A stretch of 64,000 nucleotides of DNA from a virus. Both the position numbers and the translations under genes were made by a program. Shown one piece after another: positions 18,541 through 28,481 of the stretch (positions are counted from its first letter, which is position 1; the number at the start of each line of letters is the position of its first letter). The stretch is taken from the IMG/VR virus record IMGVR_UViG_3300042893_001103, positions 1 to 64,000 of that record. The stretch is one strand, 5' to 3'. The notes below the pieces were generated by a model. The model made no database searches. It was not told the origin of the DNA and saw only the letters and a list, made by a program, of their open reading frames with translations.

Positions 18541-20016
18541 TTATACTGTAACAGTTGCTGTTAGATTTGATTTGACAATTGTAACTTCAATCTTGTCACC
18601 GATTGGCGAAACTCGTACACCGAGTTGCGCTTTCACTGTTCCTCCTGCAAGTTGTGCAGTCGTATTGATTGAAGCGTCGCACTTGACCGAGTAACCAGGG
18701 TCAATAAGTTTTCCGTTGACATCAAGTGCTTCGTAAAGAGCACCGATAGCCTTCATTCTTTCGCAGATTCCGGTCAGTCTTCCCTCAATTGAGGAGAACA
18801 AACCACCGCGACCATCAACAACGGCGAAGATTAGGTCTTCCATTGAAGCGTTAGCCTCAGCGACAACGCTGTTGACCGTATCTTGAGTCGTAATAAATCT
18901 GAAGTTTTCTGTGTCTAGTGAAAGAGAGCGCGCTCCGTAGATTCTTACCGTGTTGGCAATAATTCTGATTGCGTTTACGTAGTCTGTATCAAGCGAGTCT
19001 CCAAGAGTTCTATTGACATCAACTTCAACACCAGTAACAAAACGAGCAGCAGAGATGAGACCAGCATATGGCTGATGAGGGCCAGTCTGGTTGTGTGCAA
19101 GTGCACGCTTTCCAGCAGCGTAACCATCTGGTGGAATCAATCTTGTTACACCAGCAACGTCTGTTGGAACGTAAACCCAAGGATAGTAGAGGGCGGCATG
19201 CTCAGAACCCGTTTCAGCAGCAAGTGATGCTGCTGCTGCGGTAATTCCCGTTGCTGCTTCTGCAAGGTGGCAGATTGCAATTCTGTTGTATGTGTTTGCG
19301 TGAGCAATTAGGTCTGCGTTGATTGCGTTTGTCTCTGGGCAAGAAACTGCACCAGGTCCAAAAGAATCGTTGAACAAAGAAAGAGCAGTAGAAAATGCTG
19401 TGAATGTAGTATCAACCGTGTTTTCAGTTCTGTCGTCATCACCATCAACAAAAGTTCCAGCACCAAACGCTGTTACTGCACTGACTTCTGGCATTCCGTC
19501 TGTCAACTTTACAGCCGTCATGTACTTTGAGGCAATGGCACTACTATTAATTGCGGTAACTAGTTGCAACGTTGTTGACTTGAGTCCTGTTGCAAAAACA
19601 AGAACATCGTTGTAGTACAACTTAATATTTTTACTTGAGCCACTAGCAACAACTTCAATATCCATATCGTGTGCCCATGTACCAGGGCCATTTGCCGTAA
19701 GGCGAATACAGTTAGCACCACCTACACCACCTACGTTAAGAAGGACTTGTGCCGAAGTTGCGCCAGGTCCTACGACTCTTGCGATGTAGCACTGTGTGCC
19801 ACCTTCTTCAAAGAAGGTTTGAACGGTTGGGTGAAGGTATGCATATGTTACATATCCACCGAATGTTTCTTCAAACTCTGCAAGGCTTGTTACGAGAACT
19901 GCCTCATCAGCAGGACCGCGCTCAGCGAGTCCAACGAAAAATGCCTGCGACGAAGCGCGCACTGTTGTGCTTGTAGGACCTGTTCTAACTGCTGTAGTAA
20001 TTGTTACGCCTGGCAT
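18541..20016 (-). CDS. Contractile tail sheath protein
   Basis: AFFVGLAERGP...VTSLAEFEETFG, FFEEGG..CYIARV, AALYYPWV, PPDGYAAG, VRIYGARSL. Confidence 0.95.
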   Translation of the reverse strand: MPGVTITTAVRTGPTSTTVRASSQAFFVGLAERGPADEAVLVTSLAEFEETFGGYVTYAYLHPTVQTFFEEGGTQCYIARVVGPGATSAQVLLNVGGVGGANCIRLTANGPGTWAHDMDIEVVASGSSKNIKLYYNDVLVFATGLKSTTLQLVTAINSSAIASKYMTAVKLTDGMPEVSAVTAFGAGTFVDGDDDRTENTVDTTFTAFSTALSLFNDSFGPGAVSCPETNAINADLIAHANTYNRIAICHLAEAATGITAAAASLAAETGSEHAALYYPWVYVPTDVAGVTRLIPPDGYAAGKRALAHNQTGPHQPYAGLISAARFVTGVEVDVNRTLGDSLDTDYVNAIRIIANTVRIYGARSLSLDTENFRFITTQDTVNSVVAEANASMEDLIFAVVDGRGGLFSSIEGRLTGICERMKAIGALYEALDVNGKLIDPGYSVKCDASINTTAQLAGGTVKAQLGVRVSPIGDKIEVTIVKSNLTATVTV

Positions 20017-20030
20017 GTGACCTCCGTGTC

Positions 20031-20408
20031 TTAAAGTTCGTCGCTGTTAAGCGTCTTACTGTCGTCTGGCAAGTCTAATTGTACAGAAACTTGCTCGGTA
20101 GAATCTGCAACTGTTGTTAAAGTTTCTTCTTTTACTTTTTCAACTTTTGTTTCTTCAATTTTTGTTTTTTTGGACTTTTCTTTTGTTTCTTCTGTCTTGA
20201 CAATTTCAAGTTTGTAAGACTTTACGGCAGAAAGGATTTCCGGGTTATCGTCGCAAGAAAATGCTTCATCCTCCGGGTATAGCAAAACAGGGGGCAAACC
20301 AATAGTTATATTTCTTCCGGAAATATTCTTGACAACAATATGTCCAGAGCCGTCATTTTCAAAGTCGGATTGGCCTTTGATTTTTTCAACTTTGTGTGAA
20401 TGGGTCAT
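20031..20408 (-). CDS. Hypothetical protein with Lys/Glu-rich C-terminus
   Basis: 125 aa ORF with AGGAG RBS. Confidence 0.6.
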   Translation of the reverse strand: MTHSHKVEKIKGQSDFENDGSGHIVVKNISGRNITIGLPPVLLYPEDEAFSCDDNPEILSAVKSYKLEIVKTEETKEKSKKTKIEETKVEKVKEETLTTVADSTEQVSVQLDLPDDSKTLNSDEL

Positions 20409-20447
20409 TTTTGCTCCTGATTGACTTTAATTAGTGTACATCACTAT

Positions 20448-21032
20448 TTACGGCGTTAAGTCTAGATTACTAAATTCAATTACAACAGAAGATGCATCAG
20501 CGAGTGGTCTTCTGTCAACAACTTCGTCAATAGATAAGTCATAAGATATGTATGCCCCAGCAAGGACTCTGTCCCCCTTGAGGAGCGTTAAGTCAGAAAA
20601 TTGTTCCTGCATTGAGCCTTCGTCTATCTGCAAGCGAAACGTTTCTTGTGGGTCTGTTGCTTTTAGACATGGGTAATCTAAAAGAGCCGACCTAACGACC
20701 GTCGTGAATCTGTCTCTCATTAGTGTTGTTTCTGCGGAACCAACATCTCTAACCCATACGTAGGTGCGCATTGTGTAGTTAACCCTGTAGAGGGGGTTGG
20801 AGTCGGAATACCCGATTCTTTCAATTCTGTTGGTTGACATGACAACGGTTATTATTGTTGGCCATTCGTCTAAAGCAATCGGCTCGTAAGTAAGAAACTT
20901 GACCGGAGTTGGGAGTTGCTCATCGTCTGCGTTCCAGCCATTTCTGTAGTCAATAATTCTTATAGGAATATCGTCACTAAGGTAAGAATTAACATAAGCC
21001 TTGGCAAATTGAGCACCGTACATCAGTTCCAT
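20448..21032 (-). CDS. Tail terminator / completion protein
   Basis: Position between neck and sheath genes; WPTIITV...YRVNYTMRTYVWVR. Confidence 0.6.
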   Translation of the reverse strand: MELMYGAQFAKAYVNSYLSDDIPIRIIDYRNGWNADDEQLPTPVKFLTYEPIALDEWPTIITVVMSTNRIERIGYSDSNPLYRVNYTMRTYVWVRDVGSAETTLMRDRFTTVVRSALLDYPCLKATDPQETFRLQIDEGSMQEQFSDLTLLKGDRVLAGAYISYDLSIDEVVDRRPLADASSVVIEFSNLDLTP

Positions 21033-21475
21033 TAGTTGCCCTCGGCGATGTAGCGCTCAGCATCTTTGGCTAGTTTCTTTGCAAACATAGGAGGTTCAAA
21101 AATAATCTCACGTTTTGGCATGCTCCAGGTTCCATATTGATGAAATTTTGCCACTGGTGCGTCGGTACCAAATCTCGCTGATTGACGATTTATTTCGCTA
21201 ACTGAAAATGTTTCAATACTTTTAAACAATCCGCCAGACCTAACAAGTGTTGGTGCACCTGGAAAACGAACAGACTTCCATGCCCCATATTCGGCATCTA
21301 GCGGAGCCCATTTACCACTGCCGTTAGATAAGAAATGTTTTGTGTAGATGTCTGATAAATCTTTTTTTGCTCTTCTAAAAACAGGGCGCAAGTCTTCCAC
21401 TCTGTCTCTTACGTCTTGCAGGAGTTCCTGTGCATCGTTCGTGTTTACTTCAACCCGTACGCGCATTTTACGCAA
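21032..21475 (-). CDS. Neck / virion morphogenesis protein (Mu gpG-like)
   Basis: WAPL...TLVRSGGLFKSI...FGTD..AKFHQYGT..MPKR. Confidence 0.8.
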   Translation of the reverse strand: MRKMRVRVEVNTNDAQELLQDVRDRVEDLRPVFRRAKKDLSDIYTKHFLSNGSGKWAPLDAEYGAWKSVRFPGAPTLVRSGGLFKSIETFSVSEINRQSARFGTDAPVAKFHQYGTWSMPKREIIFEPPMFAKKLAKDAERYIAEGN

Positions 21476-22355
21476 CCCTGACTCTTCTGTATTTTTTAAC
21501 AGACATTAGTTCTCTGTCGGTAAATCCTGTTTCAAGTGGAGCGACATTTCTTGGCTCTAAATCTTTAATACCGACAACGTCATCATGCATGTTCTGCATT
21601 TCCCTAGTTGCTGCTCTAAGAATCAAAAGTTTGAATACTGGTATTGAGGCTCCATCCAATCCGGCCTCATAGGTAATCGTTACAGTATCGTCAGCAACAA
21701 TGTTGAAAATGTCTATTCCGTATCTTCTTACTGTGTAGTTGCTACCTATTGCCTCTGCAAAACCTCCAGAAACATAGGCGGATAAAGCGCCAGCCTCAAC
21801 TACAACAACAAACGTATTCGCAGTAACTTCTGTTATTTTTTTATTTAGAACATTGTAACCAATAGGCGTAATTCCCGTAACTGTTACATATTGACCAACT
21901 GTAAATTTATGATTAGCAGAGGTAAACGTTATTTTTGTTCCGACTTTAGTAGCCGAAGTAACAGTTGCTTCCCTGCTCACCGCTTCACCCAGGTATGTAG
22001 GTGTTGTCCATTGGTTTTGTATCTGAACACTTAATACTCGGGCAACGGGAGAATTACGAAGATAGATAGTTTCTGGCGGCATTGCGTAGTTCATTGAAGA
22101 TTGACTTGAGTTGCCGTTGGCGGTATAAAAAGAAGACTCAAGACTACTTTGGTAAAAAAATGAAGACATTGGTATGGCGTTGTGAGTAGTGGGAACTTTA
22201 TACTCCTCAACAAATTCAACTACCTCAATTGGTCTTCTTAGGTATGATTCCAGTTCGCTTTGAAGACCGGACAGCACAATTTCAGCAGCATCTTGCTGCC
22301 TTAGGGACAGCGATATGTCCATGTATGTTACGAGGTCTCGTACTTCAACTAGCAT
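21468..22355 (-). CDS. Head-tail adaptor with inserted beta domain
   Basis: LESYLRRPI, IYLRNSPVARVLSV, VTITYEAG, ELMSVKKYRR; insert ITFTSANHKFTVGQYVTVTG..GYN. Confidence 0.7.
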   Translation of the reverse strand: MLVEVRDLVTYMDISLSLRQQDAAEIVLSGLQSELESYLRRPIEVVEFVEEYKVPTTHNAIPMSSFFYQSSLESSFYTANGNSSQSSMNYAMPPETIYLRNSPVARVLSVQIQNQWTTPTYLGEAVSREATVTSATKVGTKITFTSANHKFTVGQYVTVTGITPIGYNVLNKKITEVTANTFVVVVEAGALSAYVSGGFAEAIGSNYTVRRYGIDIFNIVADDTVTITYEAGLDGASIPVFKLLILRAATREMQNMHDDVVGIKDLEPRNVAPLETGFTDRELMSVKKYRRVRVA

Positions 22356-22380
22356 TGATTCCCCCTCGGGGATGTATTAA

Positions 22381-22578
22381 TTATCTTCCAGGACGACCAC
22401 GACGGAAAAGGGCGTTAGCACCTTCTCTTACAATGTCTCTGGCTCGTTCGCCCTGAACTCCGCCTCTACCCAAGCGCCTGCGACCTGTCTGGAGAATGGA
22501 GCGAGCAGTACGGCGAACACGGCCGGCGCGTTCGGCTCCTAGAACTCTTCTTAAAAAACCAGTTTTTGGTACGTCCAT
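22381..22578 (-). CDS. Small arginine-rich basic protein
   Basis: 65 aa, very Arg/Gly-rich; AGGAG RBS upstream. Confidence 0.6.
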   Translation of the reverse strand: MDVPKTGFLRRVLGAERAGRVRRTARSILQTGRRRLGRGGVQGERARDIVREGANALFRRGRPGR

Positions 22579-22622
22579 TGCTTAACTCCTTGAATTGGGT
22601 GCTCGGCAAATTGTACCATTAA

Positions 22623-23174
22623 TCACCTATCGGCATTTGGTGGACGCTCAATAGCGACCTGTAATTCCGTTGCTTTCGCGTCTGCTTCAACTGGAACCCA
22701 TGCACGAGAATAGTTGTGTTCTGAAATTTTACGATGTTTAAGCAGGGACCCATCAAGCATTAAGTGAAACTCGTCGTGATGCATCTGTAGGAGTTCTTGA
22801 AAATCTTCTTTACAGTATTTTTTTGAATTAATTAAATTCCTAACAATGCTAGATACTGGCTTAGCAAGAAGATTTCCCCGAGAACGGTTAAGCCTAAGAT
22901 GCATGAATTGAGCGTCAAGACTGTCGCATTCAACATAAATGACAGGACAATCATCCTTCATGAGGCTCTTTACGTGCTTGTTTTTGGTAGCAAGCATAAA
23001 TCGCTCGTTTCCATCAATAATGATATTTGTGTCTTTTTGTACAACTATTGGCAACATAAACCCAAAATCCATCAAAGACCTAGAAAGCGCAAGAAGGTCA
23101 GGTCGCAGCATGTACGTAGCCTTAAATGAGGCCACTTGTAACTCCGAGAATGGAACCATCTCAATATTGTTCAT
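22623..23174 (-). CDS. ParB/Srx-like protein (IbrB-like)
   Basis: SLMDFGFMLPIVV...IIDGNERF...HLRLNRSRG; coupled to the IbrA-like gene. Confidence 0.75.
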   Translation of the reverse strand: MNNIEMVPFSELQVASFKATYMLRPDLLALSRSLMDFGFMLPIVVQKDTNIIIDGNERFMLATKNKHVKSLMKDDCPVIYVECDSLDAQFMHLRLNRSRGNLLAKPVSSIVRNLINSKKYCKEDFQELLQMHHDEFHLMLDGSLLKHRKISEHNYSRAWVPVEADAKATELQVAIERPPNADR

Positions 23175-24303
23175 TATTTAACTCCTGCTCGGCTGCTTTC
23201 GCCCTAAGTGTATGTGCTTTAGTTTTTGGCCCCACTGGTGCTGCTGCGGAAACTGTTATCTCATTAAGAATCAGGTTTCTAATAAGCCAGTTGATTGGGT
23301 ATGAGTATGGGTCCTTGATGTGCTTTTTTCTAAAATCTGCCGTATACGCCCGAGCGCGTCGTTTGTCAATCTCGTCAAGCATGTTTTCGTTAATGCAGCG
23401 TTTAGCACCTTCAAAACCATCAATTGCATAACTTTCAATAAACTTCTCAATATTAAAATCCGGCCACCAGCGCCTCTGCGCGTCAATGTTGGGCCATATG
23501 TCGCAAAGGGTGTCATAGAAGCCTGGCTCTGTTGCAACTAGGTCACCGATGCGCCTGATGGCCACTGCGTGCAATGGTACGCCAACTCGGGTATTGGAGC
23601 CGGTCATGGCGGCAAGGTCGTAGTACTCGCAGTACTCGGCATCGTGCTCTTCTGATATGAATTTAAGAACATCATCCATTTGCCAGTCGTAAATGACTTT
23701 AGCAAATTTAAGAGGTATTGACTTTTTCATTTTATAGGGAGAGACGATGTAGTTTTCATGTATCTTCTGAACTAGCGACCTATACCGAACCATTGATTCG
23801 TTTGCCCTGACTCCAGTTATGAAAGCAATGCTTCCAGTCTTTCCCTGCATTGTGTAGTAGTCAATGCCTTCTGGCATCACTTCGTCACCAGGAAGACCGA
23901 AATGTCCAGCATGAATTGCCCATTCTGGCATTTCTCTGACTAGACGACCTTCTCGTTTTCTAAAAGAATCCCATGAAAGGATATTTTCCCTAACACCAAG
24001 AACCCACACTTCTTGCGGATACGGAAGGCAGTACCACTCCATGTCAACCCAGTCGTACTGTCTGACCTTATTGACATAGTCATGAACGAGCGGACTGACC
24101 ATTTCTTGGTCTCTGAAAATTACTTTTACAGGACCAAGACCACGCTCTTCGTGAATTTCTTTAGCAAGATACAAGACGGCAGTTGAGTCTTTTCCACCAG
24201 AAAACTGGACACATACAGTGTCAAAGTTGTCATAGACATGGCGAATTCTCTGACGAGCAGCATCAACGCACGATATGTCCAAGAACATTCTCTGCTTAGT
24301 CAT
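23161..24303 (-). CDS. PAPS-reductase-family protein (IbrA / DUF3440-like)
   Basis: DAARQRIRHVYDNFDTVCVQFSGGKDS, FRDQE, WYCLP, TGVRANESMVRY, IYDW. Confidence 0.85.
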   Translation of the reverse strand: MTKQRMFLDISCVDAARQRIRHVYDNFDTVCVQFSGGKDSTAVLYLAKEIHEERGLGPVKVIFRDQEMVSPLVHDYVNKVRQYDWVDMEWYCLPYPQEVWVLGVRENILSWDSFRKREGRLVREMPEWAIHAGHFGLPGDEVMPEGIDYYTMQGKTGSIAFITGVRANESMVRYRSLVQKIHENYIVSPYKMKKSIPLKFAKVIYDWQMDDVLKFISEEHDAEYCEYYDLAAMTGSNTRVGVPLHAVAIRRIGDLVATEPGFYDTLCDIWPNIDAQRRWWPDFNIEKFIESYAIDGFEGAKRCINENMLDEIDKRRARAYTADFRKKHIKDPYSYPINWLIRNLILNEITVSAAAPVGPKTKAHTLRAKAAEQELNNEQY

Positions 24304-24473
24304 TAGTATTTTGCAATCTGCGATAGGCGAGAAACTTCTGCCTGAAGTTCGTCTACTTGACGAAGTAGAGAATCACGTTCTTCGGTCATCTTTTGAAGTT
24401 CTTCCCAATAAGAAGGAACACCAGTGACGGTATGGGCTCTATTGATACGGTTTTTGTATTCGTCTATGTTCAT
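24303..24473 (-). CDS. Small coiled-coil hypothetical protein
   Basis: Likely start MNIDEY at 24473. Confidence 0.55.
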   Translation of the reverse strand: MNIDEYKNRINRAHTVTGVPSYWEELQKMTEERDSLLRQVDELQAEVSRLSQIAKY

Positions 24474-24474
24474 C

Positions 24475-25266
24475 TCAAACCTCGGTATGCATGTCAATAA
24501 AGTCAATTAATTTTTCTGCTGTAGTAACTCCAGATATTCCTGGGTCATTTCGGAGATAGCGTACAAAGTCATACCATCTACGCTGCTGGTCTGGGTTGTC
24601 AAAAACTATTGTGTACTGAACCACTGCTTGCGGTGAAGAGCCAGGAGAAACAAGAGTGCTTCCGCTAACTGCCACTTGGTTGTGGTCAACGTTGTTGCCA
24701 GCAACAATTCGTCTAACACCATCTTCCGATTCTTCAATATTTATATTGATTGGAGTACTGATAGGAATGTTTCCGTCTGGGTTCTGGATTGTTGGAGTGA
24801 AGTACGCATCTGCAATGGGGGAAATAATTTCTGATGAAATCTGAGTCTCCTCCATTGCTGCCACTTCAAACTCGTCCCATCCAAGACCCTCAAAGAGTTC
24901 GGGGTAGTCTTGATACAGGTCAATCACCATGTCGTTAAGCAGCGACGGGTCAGTGTGTCCCAATTCCATCGTCCTGTTGTCGGCAAGTGCAAACGCAATC
25001 GCTTCGTCGTTATTGGCGTCCATTTTGACGACAGCAATCTTGCTCCACCCAAGACGCCTAGCAGCCTCCAGTTGGTGGTTTCCAGCAATGACTGTAAATG
25101 TTCCGTTGTCGTTAGGGCGAGCAACTATTGGCTTCATCTGCCCGAACTCTTCGTAGGAAGCCATAATTGCTTCAATGTTTCCCTTGCGAGGATTTTTCTC
25201 TAAAGGGATAAGAGAATCCATCTCTACAGCAAGGGGTTTAAGGTCTTCCGAAATGTTATTTTTCAT
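24475..25266 (-). CDS. ParB N-terminal domain protein
   Basis: NPRKGN...SYEEFGQMKPIV...VIAGNHQLEAARRLGW...ALADNR. Confidence 0.85.
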   Translation of the reverse strand: MKNNISEDLKPLAVEMDSLIPLEKNPRKGNIEAIMASYEEFGQMKPIVARPNDNGTFTVIAGNHQLEAARRLGWSKIAVVKMDANNDEAIAFALADNRTMELGHTDPSLLNDMVIDLYQDYPELFEGLGWDEFEVAAMEETQISSEIISPIADAYFTPTIQNPDGNIPISTPININIEESEDGVRRIVAGNNVDHNQVAVSGSTLVSPGSSPQAVVQYTIVFDNPDQQRRWYDFVRYLRNDPGISGVTTAEKLIDFIDMHTEV

Positions 25267-25610
25267 TGTCCTACCTGAACTCTGACGTTAGCGTTTAGGG
25301 TTCGCATAGCATCAATAGAAGTGCGGAGAGAAAGAAGTTTCTCTCGTTTAGCCTTCAAGAGAGCCTCGGCAATTTTGTAATCAAAGTTTTCGTCAGCAAG
25401 TTTGTAATCTGCCCATGCTTCACGTTCTTTGATTGAGCCTTTTGCTGATAGATATTCTTTAGCCCAATTTGCTTTGTAGAGAGATTCTTTTTTTGCAGAA
25501 TCTTCCGCAAGTGACTCAAACGCTTCTGTTTCTTCTTCCAACATCTCAAGGAGTCGCATTAACTCGTGTTCAATATCTACTTGACTAATAGGACTATTTC
25601 GCGAAATCAT
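25263..25610 (-). CDS. Coiled-coil protein, possible UvsY-like recombination mediator
   Basis: Helical, GSIKEREAWAD pattern, next to RuvC. Confidence 0.45.
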   Translation of the reverse strand: MISRNSPISQVDIEHELMRLLEMLEEETEAFESLAEDSAKKESLYKANWAKEYLSAKGSIKEREAWADYKLADENFDYKIAEALLKAKREKLLSLRTSIDAMRTLNANVRVQVGQ

Positions 25611-26133
25611 TATTCTCCATTAAGTGTTCCATTGGTGACCAATCTATCTTTTCAAAAGAAGAAAGTTGCTCTTTGGTCCATTGATATGCAGATAATCCTA
25701 CTTTAGTAATGGCCATCTGTTCAAGCACCCATGCATCACATTCGTCATTGCCCGAAGCGCCGCTAAAAATAATTCCAGTCTTTGCCGAGATTGCCGAGAT
25801 TACTTCTCCCTTTGATGCATTTCCTCGTCCAGTTGCAAACTTTGCTCGGCAGGTAGGCGGTATTTCAACAATCGGAATACTGCATTCAAACAGCGTCATT
25901 CTGATACAGCCACCCAATTCACCAATACTGAACGCTTGACCACTACGGGAGGCAAACGAGTACCCCTCAATTACCACGCAGTCAATTTCGTTTTCTAGAC
26001 ACTCATGCAATACGCTCTTTGTAACCTCGGACAAACGCTCGGCACCTCGTGCTTTGGAGCGGACAACGCTAGTTACGCCGTCCATGGACATACCCGTAGA
26101 TGTAAGCGAAAGGTCAAGACCCATGAGTCTCAT
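25594..26133 (-). CDS. ruvC: Holliday junction resolvase RuvC-like
   Basis: MGLDLSLTSTG, VVIEG, ELGG, KFATGRGNASK, DECDA. Confidence 0.9.
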   Translation of the reverse strand: MRLMGLDLSLTSTGMSMDGVTSVVRSKARGAERLSEVTKSVLHECLENEIDCVVIEGYSFASRSGQAFSIGELGGCIRMTLFECSIPIVEIPPTCRAKFATGRGNASKGEVISAISAKTGIIFSGASGNDECDAWVLEQMAITKVGLSAYQWTKEQLSSFEKIDWSPMEHLMENNDFAK

Positions 26134-26432
26134 CTCTCCCAACCTCTTTTGGCTAAACCCAGGTCAAATGCAAGTTGAGGATAGTTTCCTATACGGGTGT
26201 GACAGGGGCGACATACAGCCATCAGATTATCTTCTTCAAGAATAGAGCCACCCTGGGAGCGGCGAACTATTTCGTGAATATCCTGCGAAGAACGACGCAC
26301 ATACGTTGCAAGTCCGTCATGTTCGGCAAATACTGGACAGGCTTCGCATAGTGGTCTCTCTTCAAGAAGTTTCTCCACAAGGGGCCTACGGAGTCTATAT
26401 TCCGCTTCTTTTTTCTTTGACCTGTGACGCAC
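26130..26432 (-). CDS. HNH endonuclease
   Basis: CEAC...DIHEIVRRSQGG....NLMAVCRPCH. Confidence 0.85.
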   Translation of the reverse strand: MRHRSKKKEAEYRLRRPLVEKLLEERPLCEACPVFAEHDGLATYVRRSSQDIHEIVRRSQGGSILEEDNLMAVCRPCHTRIGNYPQLAFDLGLAKRGWER

Positions 26433-26476
26433 GGACAGAGTCTAGTTCAATTTATAACCAGTAGACGAGATGCGTA

Positions 26477-26983
26477 CTACAAATTTCTTTCATTAATGTC
26501 ATCAAATTCCCAGTTGCCATTTATTGCAGCCCATAAAGCCCTGTCAATTGATGTGTCCTCAAGGTCGTATTCTCGTAAAAGGTTTTTATGTTTAATGATT
26601 GCATTTTCAAGAAACGAAGCCCTACCCCAGCCGTCGGAAGATACTGTTTCTCCGGTTTCTATCATTGTCATAACTTCATCAAGGCGATGATTTACATAGA
26701 ATTTAAATCTGTCAATCTTTTTTATTCGGTGCTGATATTCACGAGCCGCTTCAGCAGCAAGTCTCTCGCCACTCCTGCCCATTGACAAATATCTTTCAGC
26801 ATCGGCATCGGCATCGTCCTTTATGCCCTCAATCTGAATGTCAAGGTTTTCAACCAAAAGAAGCAAACCGTCTTTCCATCTGTGCCAATTTTCAGGCTCA
26901 AGAAGGATTTGTTTCTGAACGGAAGAAAGTTTGTTTTTAACTTCCTCAGATACCATTCGTGCGAATACGTCGTCGTTAATCAT
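26477..26983 (-). CDS. Hypothetical protein
   Basis: Helical ORF coupled to the exonuclease gene (ATGA overlap). Confidence 0.65.
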   Translation of the reverse strand: MINDDVFARMVSEEVKNKLSSVQKQILLEPENWHRWKDGLLLLVENLDIQIEGIKDDADADAERYLSMGRSGERLAAEAAREYQHRIKKIDRFKFYVNHRLDEVMTMIETGETVSSDGWGRASFLENAIIKHKNLLREYDLEDTSIDRALWAAINGNWEFDDINERNL

Positions 26984-27738
26984 GACCGCCATGCAGGACA
27001 TATCTTTTTAAAGGAACACCAATTACAGAGTATTGATTTGTTTGGTTCAAACTCGCCAGTCTCGCACTTTATGTCTATTTTCTTTTTTGTCTCAGTCACG
27101 GTTGCTTCAACTTTGTAAAGGTCTTCCTCGGTTACTGCCTGACTAAACTGAACGCCGTCTTTTAGATACAGGAGTTCAACTGTAGTTGCTTTACCAACGC
27201 CTGTTGATTCAAGCAAATGAGAGTAAATCAAGAGTTGAAAAAACTTATCGCTAATCCAGTTTTTCTTTGGGGTTTTACCAGTTTTATAGTCCGAAATAGT
27301 AAAACCAGTTTCGTTCTTGTCAAATCTATCTATAAACCCCTTGATACGAACTCCGCCTATTTCGCCATTTAGTTCATGCTCAAGACCTATTGGGGCAACA
27401 AGGGTAGGTTCTTCTATTCTCCACAGGTTCTGAATGCACCACCAGGATTTCCACCTAAACATACGCAATGCTTCGTCGCCACGAACCCACGGCTTAACTC
27501 TGTCGCTCCACCCATTTTCCCATAGTTGGGCCGCTATGAGTTTTGCTTCGTCCTGCGTTCTCTCTTCGTGATTGCAGTGATAAAGAGTTTCTAGAACATC
27601 GTGCACAAAGTTACCCATCAGGGTTGCTTCTGTTGGGTCGTCTTTAAGCATGTCAATTTTTGAATACTTAAATTTTAATGGACACTGCTCAAAGGTCCCC
27701 ATTGACGATGGGGACAAATGTGGCGGAGGGGTAAACAT
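26980..27738 (-). CDS. PD-(D/E)XK RecB/Cas4-like exonuclease
   Basis: HLSPSS..FEQCP, GNFVHDVLE, KGFIDR, ISDYKTGK, QLLIY, CNWCSFKKIC. Confidence 0.9.
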   Translation of the reverse strand: MFTPPPHLSPSSMGTFEQCPLKFKYSKIDMLKDDPTEATLMGNFVHDVLETLYHCNHEERTQDEAKLIAAQLWENGWSDRVKPWVRGDEALRMFRWKSWWCIQNLWRIEEPTLVAPIGLEHELNGEIGGVRIKGFIDRFDKNETGFTISDYKTGKTPKKNWISDKFFQLLIYSHLLESTGVGKATTVELLYLKDGVQFSQAVTEEDLYKVEATVTETKKKIDIKCETGEFEPNKSILCNWCSFKKICPAWRS

Positions 27739-28479
27739 TTATTGACCGTCGTTAATGCTGTACAAAATACACTGCTCAATAAGGGCGTGTAGGTCAACAA
27801 CGGTTGCTGTTGTCTTTGTTGGTTTTGGTCTATCCCCAGCATGCTCAATCCAGAAAGAATTCAGTTTTGTCTTCATTTCTGAAGTCAAACCCTTAGACAG
27901 GCTGACGAACTGTTCCCACAATTCTTCAATCATCGGGTCAATAGAAACTTCTGCTTCAATTTCCATTGCCTCTTCTGAGCGAGCAAGGTAAAGACCAATG
28001 CCAAGCGCTTGAGCGGCTTTTTTCAATGCGTCAGAAACAGCCCCCTTGAATTCGTCACCGAGGTCAACAATATCGCCAGCCTTTGTACGCTTAATCTTCT
28101 GACCACCAAATCCGTCTTTCACAACGTTGATAAAGTCGTCTTTTGAAAGCACGCTGAGACGTACGTGAGCAACAATAAATTCTGGGTCAAGAGCATCACG
28201 TTCACACTTGATGATTTCATATGCCCAACCGTCAAATCCAAGAACTTTATTAAGTCGTGAAATTACTTCGCTGACAGGAATGTAAGTTAGGGAAGTTCCG
28301 CCTTTTTTGAGTTGACGTTCAACTTCTTTGGGAAACGGCTCGTTTAAAGATGCTTGAATATCGTTTCTCCCAGCAATTGCCTTAATGCGAAGTTCTTCTT
28401 GACGACGCAACCACACATCTACATCAATCATATTTTCTTCAGTCTCAGTATTGTCTAGAGCAATTTTTTTAGCAGTCAT
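27739..28479 (-). CDS. Rad52/Sak-family single-strand annealing protein
   Basis: LTYIP..EVISRLNKVLGFDGW, KGAVSDALKKAAQALGIGLYL. Confidence 0.9.
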   Translation of the reverse strand: MTAKKIALDNTETEENMIDVDVWLRRQEELRIKAIAGRNDIQASLNEPFPKEVERQLKKGGTSLTYIPVSEVISRLNKVLGFDGWAYEIIKCERDALDPEFIVAHVRLSVLSKDDFINVVKDGFGGQKIKRTKAGDIVDLGDEFKGAVSDALKKAAQALGIGLYLARSEEAMEIEAEVSIDPMIEELWEQFVSLSKGLTSEMKTKLNSFWIEHAGDRPKPTKTTATVVDLHALIEQCILYSINDGQ

Positions 28480-28481
28480 TG

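Noticed and set aside
26980-27738. Cas4-like nuclease as a sign of CRISPR-Cas
   Set aside because: It is paired with a Rad52/Sak annealase as a phage recombination module; I saw no cas genes or repeat-spacer array in the window
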